Assembly: GCA_002633005.1 (NCBI GenBank)
Contig: NMRA01000235.1
Location: 386,964 to 450,963 of the forward strand
DNA: 64,000 nucleotides
From: Phoronis australis
Taxonomy: Eukaryota > Animalia > Phoronida
Direction of reading: 5' to 3'
The notes beneath the pieces are model-generated. The model worked only from the letters and a program-made list of their open reading frames with translations. It made no database searches and was not told the DNA's origin. This document shows, one piece after another, positions 1-12,800 of this stretch (positions within the stretch are counted from its first letter, which is position 1; the number at the start of each line of letters is the position of its first letter). The translations under genes and the position numbers were made by a program.

Positions 1-930
1 ACCACGTTGAATGATTATCGTTTACCGAAATGAAATCTTTGGCTGACGCCTACGGATAATAACTCATAATTGTGCTCGTGGTGTATGAACTAGCGAATGG
101 ATTGGTAAATATAGAAATCAAAAAATGTATTTGATATTAAAAATGATTTGGAATTAGATTCAGAGTACAAAGATAAGAAAGACCCCTGAACCAGGTGTTC
201 TGTGGTTTCCATGCACTGATAGGATTAACACTGTGCGTTTGAAGAGACGGTACCACTCTCATGTTTGACCAGAATGTTCACTAAGTCACGGCCCCAGCAT
301 GCTTGTACATGTTTATATCCAAATCCCGTAACGGTACACGATGTTTTTGAGGTAGGATTAGCTGTTATGGGGACTTGTGGCAAGAATGAAACATCGATAA
401 AATATATCTGAAGTCGTAGACTTGGAGGAGTTCTTGACTGATAAGCAGAAGCGTCTTCACTTAGTGATCTGGTGGTGGCCACATACTACGATAGGCTGCG
501 CAAAAGTATAAGTTAAAGAGCTGTGTTTTTCATAGCAATTGACTATTGTACCTGATACGAGAGCAATCTCTCAGTACACATTTTAATCGACATACACGTA
601 AATATTCCAATGAATCAAAGCAAGCCTCGTGTTGTAATCCATAAAAATCTAAGTTTCAGTTCATAATTTGATTTTTCTCGGTATCCACTTTTTCACAGTT
701 AATTTTACTGCTTTGAGCAACCTTGACACATAAAATACCTGTAGATAAAGGTGATGGCAATTCAAGCAAGGCACTAGGTACATTTCTTTGAAGGTGAAGC
801 CGATGAGAGAAACATTTGTAAAACACTTCCATTGACCGCCGGTAAAACACAATACGTAATGAGAGGTAAAACAAAATGATAAGGTATGCTTCGTTGTATG
901 TTACAGTTACACATTGTCACTTTGACAAGG
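1..930 (-). mobile_element. Highly decayed CR1-like LINE reverse transcriptase remnant
   Basis: Scattered minus-strand motif relics in the expected RT order (QWK, IYFID, RYGI, QGS, 3' TTRAH-like), with many frameshifts. Confidence 0.3.
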
Positions 931-2215
931 TTGATGACATGGTCCGTCCATTTACATATGACTGTCACTGCATCTGGTAGATTTTACCGAACTTGGAAGC
1001 TTAGACAAACCTCTTGCGCTAAAAACAGCGACTTGGTAGAAGTTACGTGACGGTTTTGTGCGTAGCTTTTAATTATTTATTAATGTAATTTACATGCGCA
1101 GTAAAAAGTCACCACTTCGACAATGTCGATGGAGCTACACCTGTCGAGATTTTACCGAGATTTAGCCAAAACTGAAACGCGTCCCAGTCAAAAATAAATG
1201 GATATTTAGCCCGGTTTTATGCGCCAAGACTTTTGTCGAACTTCGACATTGTTCATATTATTTTGAAGACGTAGGCCTACGTGTACGTGTCCAGTTTCAG
1301 CTTCAGAAACACGTAGCCAGTCAGCCAGCAGGGTAAAGGTGCAGCAGGGTTACTTGCACAGCTGACGTCGGGTGACTGCAGGCGTGTTGTTTCACAATAC
1401 CTTAAATCAATAAATTTCTACTAAACTTGCTGAATTTTAATACGTTCAATTATTGACAATTGTGCGGACCGTGAAATGGCTCACAACACCCCGATCGTGA
1501 GATGACGCTAACTCAACAATTACGATCAATATCCGGTATTTTAACAGTTATTATACTATATGCAGCGTTTAATACCTCCTAGATTCAGCTCAGGTGTGGT
1601 CAGAGTTCTTCTATCGTAGGGTCGTCTTGTCTCAACTACGTTTTTTGTTATTGGGATCCGAATAACAAGCCTGTGTGTACACTCAAGCAACACCGTATAG
1701 CGCGACTTTGGGGTATGTAGTCTCGCAGACAATTCATAATCCTAGACCACTACTCAGTATGTACTTGTATGTCTTCCTCGAAAACCTTGTTAACCAGTGA
1801 TACTATCTAGCATTCGTGTCTATAAACACAGAGTGGTTCATTTCGCCGCTACTCAACATTCATGGGAATGAAAGGTGACAAACTTTTCCAGAATAGACTC
1901 GGAATTGTTTTGTTTAGTCTTTAAACTATAAAATTTAACTCAACAGGATTATATTTTCTGAAAGTAGTAACTAAGTCTGTGAAATTTGATTTTTGACTTG
2001 ATACCAATCTGCACCTAATTGATCATGTCTTTGGAAAATTTAGTAAGAATTCATAACAAACAACAGGATACATGAAATTTCATATGAGATGACCTTTCAA
2101 AATAAAATCTCATGTTTTGATTGTTTTCTAAATTAACGGTTCGCTTTAGTTTTATGCTACATGTACATTATAAAAACTTTCGGTAGCCGCTAATGCAAAA
2201 GTGGAACATTTAGAA

Positions 2216-2277
2216 ACAGTCCATGACAGCACTTTAGAGCACAGTCCCTGACAGCACTTTGGAGCACAGTCCATGAT
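2216..2277. repeat. 25-bp tandem repeat, about 2.5 copies (acagtccatgacagcactttagagc)
   Basis: Direct repeats visible in the sequence. Confidence 0.8.
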
Positions 2278-4319
2278 GCGTATCTGTCAGTTTCGTGGGA
2301 ATTCGATCAGCTATTTACTGACACACGATGTCCCCAGTTTGGCCATAATTAGACATTTTTCTAGGATCCTTGAATATTTTGTTATCTTCAGCGGGTGCTT
2401 AGATTTCCTCAAAAATCAGCTTTTTACGATTTCCCATTGATTGACATGTGTCAGTCTCGTTCGAATAACTCCATATTCTCCAACAATATTTACCTAAGAA
2501 GGCTCTTTTGGTTATTGTGTTTTTTATGAATTTCACAAATAGTGGGTTCAACCTCTTCAAACTTCGATGTTGGTTAACCCTATTGGTTTATTTCAAAAGG
2601 ATTTCACATTTTTGGCTGTCTGGGCTTTGTATTCTGACGCTGTTGTGATTCAAATGGACATAATTTTTGATTTTACATAAACCATTCTATTACAAGTTGA
2701 CTTCTATAAACGGGGCAAAGGAGTACCAAATAGAGGCTCTTATGAAAAGGGAACCCTTAATATAATTTTAAATACGAGAACTAGGCAACAAGAGATGCCT
2801 GAGAGTGCCCTCGTCCTAGGGCCTAATGCGGTCGCCACAAATTCATTCCAACCTGTACAAATTATTGGGGGAGACGTGCCCCCGCCACAGCCCTTCTACT
2901 TCCCACGGTCCTGATTATACCACCATGTATGCCGTTGGGAATAATTTAAAATGTATTTTGACGAGCTTTCGCGTTCCATACTTTTTTGAAGCCAACTAAC
3001 CTATGCACATTTGTGTGCCACTCAAAATATCCACACATATTTCTTTTCCACAAAAATTCGCCACTCATTAGGGACATACACTTCTTTGTTCATGAATTTC
3101 CGTGATAAATGCCCGGGCAAATCGCGCGCCATATGTGTAACGTTAACAGCTGCAGAATGTAGGTCAAGGTGCTTGGTCAAGATTCTCCATTCTCCAAATT
3201 TCCCTGCTGAATTTCAACTTCTTACTTGCAAGAAGTTAAGGTTTAAGAAAAAACACGGCTGAGGAAAAATGGGTCAAGGGGTCAAAAACTGACAAATACT
3301 TCTCTCCAAACAGATTAAACAATCGCGCAGATGATGTTCGTAGATCAGATCTTGAAAAGTCTCGCCAACCAAAGCAGGTGCCAATACTTAATGAAATTGG
3401 TTAGCGTTAGCTGAATTCAGCTGTGGCTCAAAAAGGATTGAATGCACGAGTCAGCTGTCTCTCACTAGCGCAGCCATTTTAGGTTTTGGTCACAACCAAA
3501 AATAAAAGTTCTTATTAACTTAGAGTTTGAAAATATTCGAAAATGCGTTCAATGATAATTATTTTGACTGAAAACTAATCCTTAAAATCCGTTGCGAAAA
3601 TGTTAAACCCAAATGGACCATATCGGGATTTTCCGAAGATAGTCCACCCGATGAAACGCCCATGGACGTTTATTCGGAAAATTATGCCGAATAAATGCCC
3701 ATGGGAATTTAATTTGGTGTTACAACTTTTGGTGTCAAGTGTCCAGATAGTGGGGTGTTTATTCGGAAAATCTTCTCCTAATAATCCACTCATGAGCTTC
3801 AACCTTTTGTCACAAATTCACTTTTGTGGACCATTTATCATTTATAAAAGCGAACAGGGTAGTAGCAAACTATGGCTTTATTAACATAAAATCGAAGTTT
3901 TGAAAAAAGTGTGAAAGTCAGCAAAACTATAAACTTTCCATTTACACGCCCCATTTTCTAAATAAACGCCGGGCGTTTATTTAACCCTCGTGCTTATTTA
4001 CAGAAAATCCCGGTATAAAGAATTGTAAAAGATTGTAAAATACAAATGTTGTTGACGAAAAGAAGAGGAAGTTGAAATGCGTTTCAACAAATCTGGTTCA
4101 TTATGAGTATACATGTATATTTGTTCAATAACTAGGCCCCCGGCAGTTGTTACAAGGAAATCGTCAAATACAATAGAGGTAAGTGTCAAACACGAACAGT
4201 AGTGAGAGCTCTTTTTCGGTAGAATGTGAAATGAACATATTTATATATTCACCATATAAGATCTTTTTCCTCCATAGTCACGAGTCTGTTGAACTTTATA
4301 ATACTGCGATTTTTGTAGA

Positions 4320-4690
4320 TCCATGCAGGCAGATACCGTTTCCTAAGGTCATCGTAGAATGGACATTCGGTAAAAAAAATGATATTCTGACTAGACACAT
4401 GGCCTAACACAGAGATGGCATACGATGAAATCTTTCTGGTCCGTTCAATTTCAAGTGTCTACCCTTTCTGGTCCGTTCAATTTCAAGTGTCTACCCTTTC
4501 TGGTCCGTTCAGTTTCAAGTGTCTACCCTTTCCAATCATTAATGCATGCGCTGCACATCTTAATCTTACTTTATCAGATCTAACATTTACATTGTCAATG
4601 AACACGCAAACAACGTTCACGTGTTTACCTCTTTCCAGCTTCAATGTCCTATTGAGTAACTTCATCAACCTCAAAGCCATCCAGCCCGTG
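4320..4690 (-). mobile_element. 3' fragment of a CR1/L2-group LINE ORF2
   Basis: RLRCAAHALMIGKGRH...CHLC...HFF-ECPFYDDLRKRYLP, the same motif set as 17140-17330. Confidence 0.7.
4432..4532. repeat. 32-bp unit triplicated inside the LINE fragment
   Basis: ctttctggtccgttcaatttcaagtgtctacc x3, with one substitution. Confidence 0.92.
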
Positions 4691-6623
4691 CAAGTTTAAG
4701 TTTTCTTTTTGGGCCAGGCCGAAATGAGACATCCTATTTACTTTTACTTTTTATCGTAAGATCCCGACTGCATAACTGGCCTTTTATACCAAAAAAACCC
4801 CCGTGAAATATTGAGTTTGCGTCGGCGCACTGTCTTGTTCAATGAACAATGCTATACTGACAAGCAACCTGACTATGAATGTTCGTGTGAGCTAATAAAA
4901 ATGTCGTAAATTTAAGAAACGTTAATTATATGTCATTAATATCCTCAACATGGAGTAACTCGCTCAGTTTGCTTGTACAAACCCGCTGCGACCAGGTGTT
5001 CATTCTAGGTATTCTATGTAAAACATGTGCACATGAAGCAAAGAATCGATTAACCGACAAGCTACGCCAACCTGTCTTCAGTTGGGAAAGTCATTTTGCC
5101 TTGGCATTGTCCTTTTTTCGTGATTCCCTCACGAAACTGTGTATTATAACGTGAGCAGTATCAATGAAAGGCTAAATGAAAGAGACAAAAAGGAGATATA
5201 GCCAAGGAAATACCATGGGATTGTTAAGATCTTACGTGTACCTACAGTGAAGTTGATCATTGTTGGATTAGACGTCGCATGAGTGTAATCTCGTAGAAAA
5301 TCCTCAAAATTGGCAAACGCAGTGAGTAAAAGCCGGTAAAACCTGGAATTAGCAAAAACAAGAGAAACAATATATTCTTTACTATTAAACAGAATTTGTT
5401 AAATGCACGACACTTTTCATTGTTCACGGTCTTTATTCCGTTGCGTTCATACTTTCTGAACAAAACTCTACTCTCAATTGAAGATAGACACAGTAAATGA
5501 CCTAGCGACATAATTAAAAGACACACGATATTTCGAAACATACTTGTTTCATTCTCAAGTGAAGATAAAATGACGCAGTAATGCCACCACAGAGTATAAG
5601 TTGACGACACACACAGTGAGACACGGCGGGTGTGAAATACTGCAAAGAATGACAAATGAATTGGGGTAACAGGAAAGTCACCCAAACAAGTGTAACGTGC
5701 GGCGCGACCCTGTTTGCTGCTCATTCAACAAGGCTTCTCAAAAGCAATTGAAAGGGACTCTAATACTTTCAAACGCAGCACATCTTGCTCTACGTAGCGA
5801 ATTGACGTGTTTTCCACAATTTCTTTACTATTAACAAACAACAAGTTTTAAGAAACATTTGATGTCAAGATGTACCATGGTATACAAAGAAGTGGGGACA
5901 ATAATTTGGGCTGGATATTGCGGAGTTGTCGTCCCGCACACAAATGCTCGGGAGTCAAATACTTTCCAATCCACCCATTCTTTTTGCTCGTTTTTTATGA
6001 CAGCACGCACTAAGATTTCAAGCTCACTCCTCGGCATAACTAATTTATTACGTGCACTCGGTTTATCTCAGTGGTGACCTAAAGTCATACAAGAACCGAG
6101 AGTACACTTTTTGGAAATCAATATACTTTGTCGCAATTATTCAGCGGTACTAAAAACCAGAGTGCTAATAATATTTTGCAAGTTTATGGAATCATGAGAA
6201 TTTTACGTCCGTGTGCCATCCTCTCCTGGACCCATTGCTAAAACGTCGGTGTTTTGCACAATATTCACGTATCAGCATAATCCTAAAATCATAACCAGTT
6301 TATTATTAGCGTCTTTAATCACGAGCTGCGTCGGCGTAAGCGTGCCGCAAAAATATCTTGCCAGAGTGATTATTATTAGCCAAGGATGCTGTGCCCACAA
6401 AGTATTTTCACGTGGCTTGTGACATGGTCATTGTACATGCGTATTAAGATGCACGTAGTGTAATTGTTTGTTAATACTCGTGTCGACAATGGGTAACTAA
6501 TTTTTGGTGTGTCTCTTTAGCTTATTAATTGACTTTAGCTAAATTTCCTGTCTCTTGTTCTTCCAAAAAAGTTTTGTTGTCCTTTGTAGGCTAATAGGAT
6601 ATTCTTTGTCGTTGCAGGTGATA

Positions 6624-6635
6624 ATGGGAAAATGA
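6624..6635 (+). promoter_or_regulatory. Minimal uORF (ATG GGA AAA TGA) whose stop overlaps the C1GALT1 start (ATGA)
   Basis: Read directly from the sequence and lies inside the exon that begins at 6618. Function is not shown. Confidence 0.4.
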
Positions 6636-6881
6636 TAACGACAGCGAAAAGAAACGTCTTCGTGTTCTTTGCCGGCGGTGTAGTCATAGGTCTGACACTG
6701 TCCTCTTTCTTGACCAGCTACGCTCGGGTTCAGACCACCTCAAAGGCAGATGGGGTCTACCAAAATCCGACAGGGGAGGTAATTATGATGAAACAGAGAG
6801 AGCCACAGTCGCACGAAGAGCTTGACCGTTTGAAGGGACCAAAAGAAGTATACAAGTTCAACGATGAGCATGCGCATCACG
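6632..6881 (+). CDS. C1GALT1: C1GALT1 coding exon 1 (cytoplasmic tail, TM anchor, stem)
   Basis: Acceptor ttgcag ends at 6617 and ATG is at 6632. Hydrophobic stretch [19 protein letters not shown]. Donor G|gtgagt at 6882. Confidence 0.88.
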
Positions 6882-9800
6882 GTGAGTGGACGGGGACCTG
6901 AAGATATCACAAAACGGTTTAAGTGACTTTCTTGTTCCTTGCTGATTTTTAATTTGTCTTGTTTCACCCAAGTCGGGTGCCGGAAACTTTTTAATGTTTT
7001 TCAGTGTATAAATACAACTATTTTTTAATTTTATACCAGACACCATCAGCCAAAGCTGCAACGACAAAAATTGGCAAATAAATGAAATTGGACAGGTCAG
7101 ACACTCTTTCCAATAGAGGGCATGCTACTAAAACACTTCATATAGGTGTTTATTTCGACAAAACATTCAACACCTTACGATTCGATGAACTGGTTATGCC
7201 GACCAGCCTTTTCAGTACTCGATGCTTAGCAAAGCACCGAGTCGCATTTGGAAATCCCAGGTCACCAAAGGAAATCTGAAGTCGCCAAATTGAAAAGAAA
7301 ACCATTGACAGGTTTCCTGTTGGGCATAAATTTTCCTTGAACAAATAAAAAAGATCGTATAGCTGTAACAGCGTCTATTTTCCTTCCGCTTCTGTGATTT
7401 CTGCCGTAAAGGTACGTACATTCCGTCTCTAACCCCGTTATTTCTCCCGACGGACGAGCATAGGACGAGGACGACCGCATGATATTGCCTTATTTATGCC
7501 GAACAATTCCCACTTTCGTCTCATTACTGCCAGTTGTAATTTAACGTGGTGGCAAATGCATTTAAATCAACAATTTTGAACCAAAGATAATAAATCTAGG
7601 AACACTATTAGTAATTTCAAGTTTGGAAATAAACACGAAACTTGAAACGAATTTAAAGGGAAATACTGTCTGACTTGATGCTCGAAATGGCGACTTCGTG
7701 GCCACTTGAAAATTTCCCAGGTCGCCAGACAAAATCTGGTGTCGCATTGGCGATCTGCAGGTCTCTAAATCGAGCGATGTTTTATGTTTTAGACGTTTAA
7801 GAGCAACTTCAATTTCTTGCTCAAATTCACCATGACGCCATGCAATAGCGGTGATACCCGAGGCGATTTTTATTGGATGCCCCCTCACTCTGTACTCAGA
7901 TGCATTTATTTTAACTATAACTCAGTCATAATTTCAAAAAGTTCATTCATATTCATTGAGTGCGCCCCGATGTGGAAGCCCGGGGCAGTCGCTCTGTCGC
8001 CACCTCCCTTCTGCACGCTACCAATGTCAGGAGAACCATTGATAAAAAGTCGTTATAGCCTCAAAAATGTACCACCCACGGCCAGAACTCCAGAATGAAA
8101 AATGTAAAAATTAATTTACATTCAATGAAGAATATTCACCGAAACTTAAAAATTCGGAAGTTAAAATATTTACTGCCACCTAATTACCAATACACGGCTT
8201 TAAAACTGCGGTTAATTTCGAACACAACGCACAGTGTATGCGAACAGCAATGAACAGAATACAGACAGAACATTTCAGGATCTCGGACAAGTTTTGATTT
8301 TCTAGTACATGTAGCAATAATGACGTCATCTCCATATGTTGGTACTTGTACATACGAGTTTAGATTGGCTGGTTCTTGCAGATCCTCAAGTTATTTTCAT
8401 ATGGACAAGCACCACATTTTGTGCCGACGTAGTTAACCAGCAGATACCGTTGACACAAGCTTGTGGTCTCCATAACAGTTTTGCCACAATTTTAAGCAAA
8501 AGGATTTACCATGTTCTGCCTTGGCACTGGTTCTACCAATGCCACGTCTTCTGCAGCTATAGCCAAGGTTGCCACTGGTTACATCACACATCTCCAAACG
8601 TCGGGCATTTACACCACAGAGACACTTCTGATGAGCTATTGCCTTCTCTGCAGCATTGACTGTGTTCAGCAATCCTCGGGAGGCTTTCAGTGGCCTTAGA
8701 GTTTCGCTAATAATTATAAGAATCACGACGTCTACAAGGGATTTGGTTTAACTTTGATCATTTTGCAACCCAGGGTGCCTGAGTTAGGTTCACGTCATAC
8801 ACCGGTGTCTCAGTCTATATTAGTATAGTTCTGTGTAAAAACTACTCATAGAACATTCATTTCGTAGAAATGCCCTCTAGCAGATCAAGGTAATGGGTTT
8901 AACAGAATCACTAATATTGTCTTAAAAAGTTATAATTGCAAGCTGCATGGTACACGTTGTACATGTACCAGACGACATTGGGTCTCGAACCCACAACCTT
9001 GGGTAAAATTATCGCCTATTGTCGAAGTGGTTTAAGCAAGAATTTTTCAGCTCAACCGGTAACCCCCCAAAATGTAGAGACGACATGTGGCTGTCATGTC
9101 CACAATATACAGAAACAAACTATGTGATGCAGATGCACTCTTTCACCAGAAAAGCATCATAGCTCCAAGAATAACTTTCACTTATTGGAGGTGAAAAATA
9201 ACAACAGCTTACCAGTCAATGGTATGATGATAACAGGAGACAGGGGACAATTAACGACATCAGTCTGCTAAAACAAGACAAATACTGAACGTTACATTTA
9301 GTGTATCTGTCTACTATGACTAGATACACGCTGTACATCACATTAACTTCATCTGTCTACTGTAACAAGACACATACTGCACGTTACATGTAGTGTATAT
9401 GTCTTCTATAACTAGATATACACTGTGCATTACATTAACTTCATCTGTCTACTATAATAAGACGGATACTGTACGTGGCATTAACTACAACGGTCTACTA
9501 TAACAAGACACACACTACACATTCCATTAACTGCATCGGCAAAAGACACACACTGTACGTTACATTTACTGCACATGTCTACAATAGCTAGACATACTGT
9601 ACGTCACATTAACGACATTGGTATACTATAATAAGATACACGCTGTACGTTACATACACTGTAACTCCAATCTATTTTTGACATATGCAAAATCGAAAAA
9701 TGAGATCATTAAAGGAATTAGTGTTGACAACTTTGAATACAAATGTTCGTTTCGGCCTAGGGCCAAAACATCTTCTTGGTTCATAGCGCTGTGAAACATG

Positions 9801-12800
9801 TGCGGCGCACCAAATGGGGCTGGGGGCTATAACCTCCACTTTTTCAGTGCTCCGGCGCCCATGTGAAATGAATATTAATGCCATAATTTTGCTTCTTAAT
9901 AACAATTCTGATCTCAACTAAAAGGAGGGCGTTGTCCCTCTTTCATTTTTTGCTAAAAGTCAAGTATCCAGCGAAAAGGACAGAAGTATGTTAAAGGTAC
10001 ACTAGAGTGCAATTTGTTGGTACAAGTAAATACAACACTTTTTGGTGAATATAAAACACCTATGAGTTGTTCGAATTTACCCATTCATCGGAACAAATTC
10101 TTATCTCAGAATGATTGAGGTCTGTGTGTCCACAGTATATACTTTAAAGCCCAGAGTCTTGTTTTTATTTGTGTGTTTAATGGTCAGGTTTATGAGGAGA
10201 TGGACACGAGCGCATTATTTAGTTTATTGTATCACAATTCGTGTCAAGAAAACACTGTGTGCAACCTGTAGGTTATGGGTAAGATACGTGTGATACATAG
10301 CATGTGTACTTATTCGAATTGCCACGTGTTCGGACATTGTACATATGATTAACATATTTTGAAATCTATCGTACCATCCGTTAGTAAGGTCGACGTCAAA
10401 GAGACTGATTGAGGATCGTTTATAAGTACACTTGTCCACCAAGATGCATGTCGATTTGACCTATACGTGTTTTATTCCCTTTAGTTGACTAAAATTTTAA
10501 TTTCCAGACGACAAACATGTCGCAGAAGACTTGGCAAAGAGTGTTCGGGTTCTCTGCTGGATAATGACAGGTCCGCAAAACCTGCAAAGCAAGGCACAGC
10601 ACGTGCGTGCGACGTGGGGTCGCCGGTGTAACATATTACTGTTCATGAGCTCAATTGAAGATAAATCGTTCCCTACTGTTGGACTGAACGTATCGGAAGG
10701 AAGGGAACACTTAACTGCAAAGACTATGCAAGCATTTAAGTATTGTTACGATCATTATTTTGATCAAGCAGACTGGTTTGTGAAAGCTGATGATGATACG
10801 TACATGATAGTGGAAAATTTGCGTTTCATGTTGTCCGATAAAAATAGCTCGCAACCCGTGTATTTTGGACACCATTTTAGGACAATTGTACAACAAGGTT
10901 ATTTTAGCGGCGGTGCTGGGTATGTGTTGAGCAGAGAGGCTCTTAAAAGATTTGCTGTGAAGGGGTTTGGTAATAAGGAAATATGCAGCATAGACGGAGG
11001 CGCTGAAGATGCAGAAATCGGCCATTGTATGGAAAGGCTTGGTGAGTACATTCCGAAGAAAGGTAGACAATACGAAGCTTTCGTGTAACCATTTCCAAAT
11101 GTTTTTATGGTGATACAAAGAAGACACAGCCTGAAGTAAATGGGAACTTTTGGTTATGTCAGTCATGATTCAGGTTCGATCGTTTAAACATCAATTATAC
11201 ATAATAAAACAGTCCTCTGCCGTAGCGGCAATGTACATGAACGTTGTCTCTGTGGAGTGAAAGTTGTCACCTTCCTGTCCGGAGCCCAAAGGAAGCTAGT
11301 AAGTACTTGACGAGGGCGTAACATTACTTTTCGATCTGTTTTGCTGGATAGAACACGGGAATCCAGTATAGTACTTTACGCTCATCAAGACGGTCTCGTA
11401 GTACATACAACTCATTATGTAAGTAACGTGCTCCACTTTCAAATTATCAACTTCCCAAAACTCCATAAACGTTGAAGCGTTTTCTTCAGTCGCAGGTCTC
11501 ATGGTTTGGATTTTATTTTTTGTAATGGAAGTGGATTCACACTTCATGAGACTGCAAGACCTAATACGAGTTTCATTTTATCAGCAAAAGAGGGTGAAGA
11601 GCAAATAACACTGGGAGTGTGTCTTACATAAATGCACTCGTGTCAAGTTTCATAACCTACACTCACTGTGCACTTTACATTTTAGGTGTCCCCCTGATTT
11701 TAAGTTGGCACCTGTCTCTTGTTCACTGAAACCATAAACTATAGACAACAGGTCACTAACTCCGACATTTTCCGATTTTGTGAAATATCCTAGGCGAGGC
11801 CCCACCCTCTAGACGTAGCACACTCAGGTTGCCGTTAGTGTATGTGACCGAAAATTCTTGCGTTCACTGTCTAGTGAACATTGAAAAAAATAGCGCTTTG
11901 AAACGCAGCTGAAAGTCTTCGATAGTAGAGTCCAGACATTTTGATCGGCGCCGGCGTGCATTCGAGCTTAAAATGAAACGTCCCGTGGAGTATGTACAGT
12001 AACTGAGCTGCTGTTGAAGTGTGAGAATGGTTTTGTAGTAGGCTTGATGGTTACTTCTGGAGTATTAATATGAGCTTTATTTAAGAGATTAACTTTTAAC
12101 GAGCGTTCTGTTTATTTAAACACGGATCTAAATTGGGCAATTCGCTGATCCAAATCCCGACGAAATGACCACGTTAGACAACGTATTTGTTATGTCTGCC
12201 AGGTGTCGCTAGTGATTAATGACATCACGACTTATGCGAAAGCCGGATCAGAGATTTCGTCCATTGAAAACATACGGATTTTGCGGTCCATGTACAATGG
12301 TCAATGTGGAAACGTGGTCAAATATTGCCCCTTATTTTGCATGGACAATGGCCGTCAACGATTTTGCATCACTTATAGATCTATTCTCACTGCCTGCGTC
12401 AGTAGGCCCTATTATTCATGTGGACGTCAAACTTAGCTGTTTGCCTAGGAATTACGAAATTTTGTTTCCAGGCCAAACATGCTGTGTGCATCTGTGGAGT
12501 TAGATTACACACTCTTTAAATGAGGTGGCATCGTGTTAAGACAGCCTCTTCACATGCGCAAGCTCTAGAACGCAATACGTCACCCTCGCCGTACGGCTAT
12601 AGTTGCACTACCTCGATCATTCGACGTCGATTTGACGTAAACGTAAATCGGTTGAAAGCATGCATACTAGGGGTTTAACAGCGGTGATACAAACATCGAA
12701 TTCTTGATTGTGCTGTTGAACAGCGAAGCGTCACAAGTGTAACTGAAATTTAAAGGTGGCCATTGATTTCGATGGACACACGGTTTTCCGTTGTGGGCCA

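Noticed and set aside
4100-4184. 5' UTR exon of C1GALT1 ending at GAG|gtaagt (4179)
   Set aside because: A good donor alone is insufficient, and it lies beside a LINE remnant. Transcript data are needed.
7213-7779. hAT-like MITE (CAGTACTCGAT...ATCGAGCGATG)
   Set aside because: The TIR is weak and there is no TSD, so it was not supported enough to list.
8336-8726. Cys-rich ORFs, possibly a decayed PHD finger
   Set aside because: Cys/His spacing could not be matched convincingly in any single frame.
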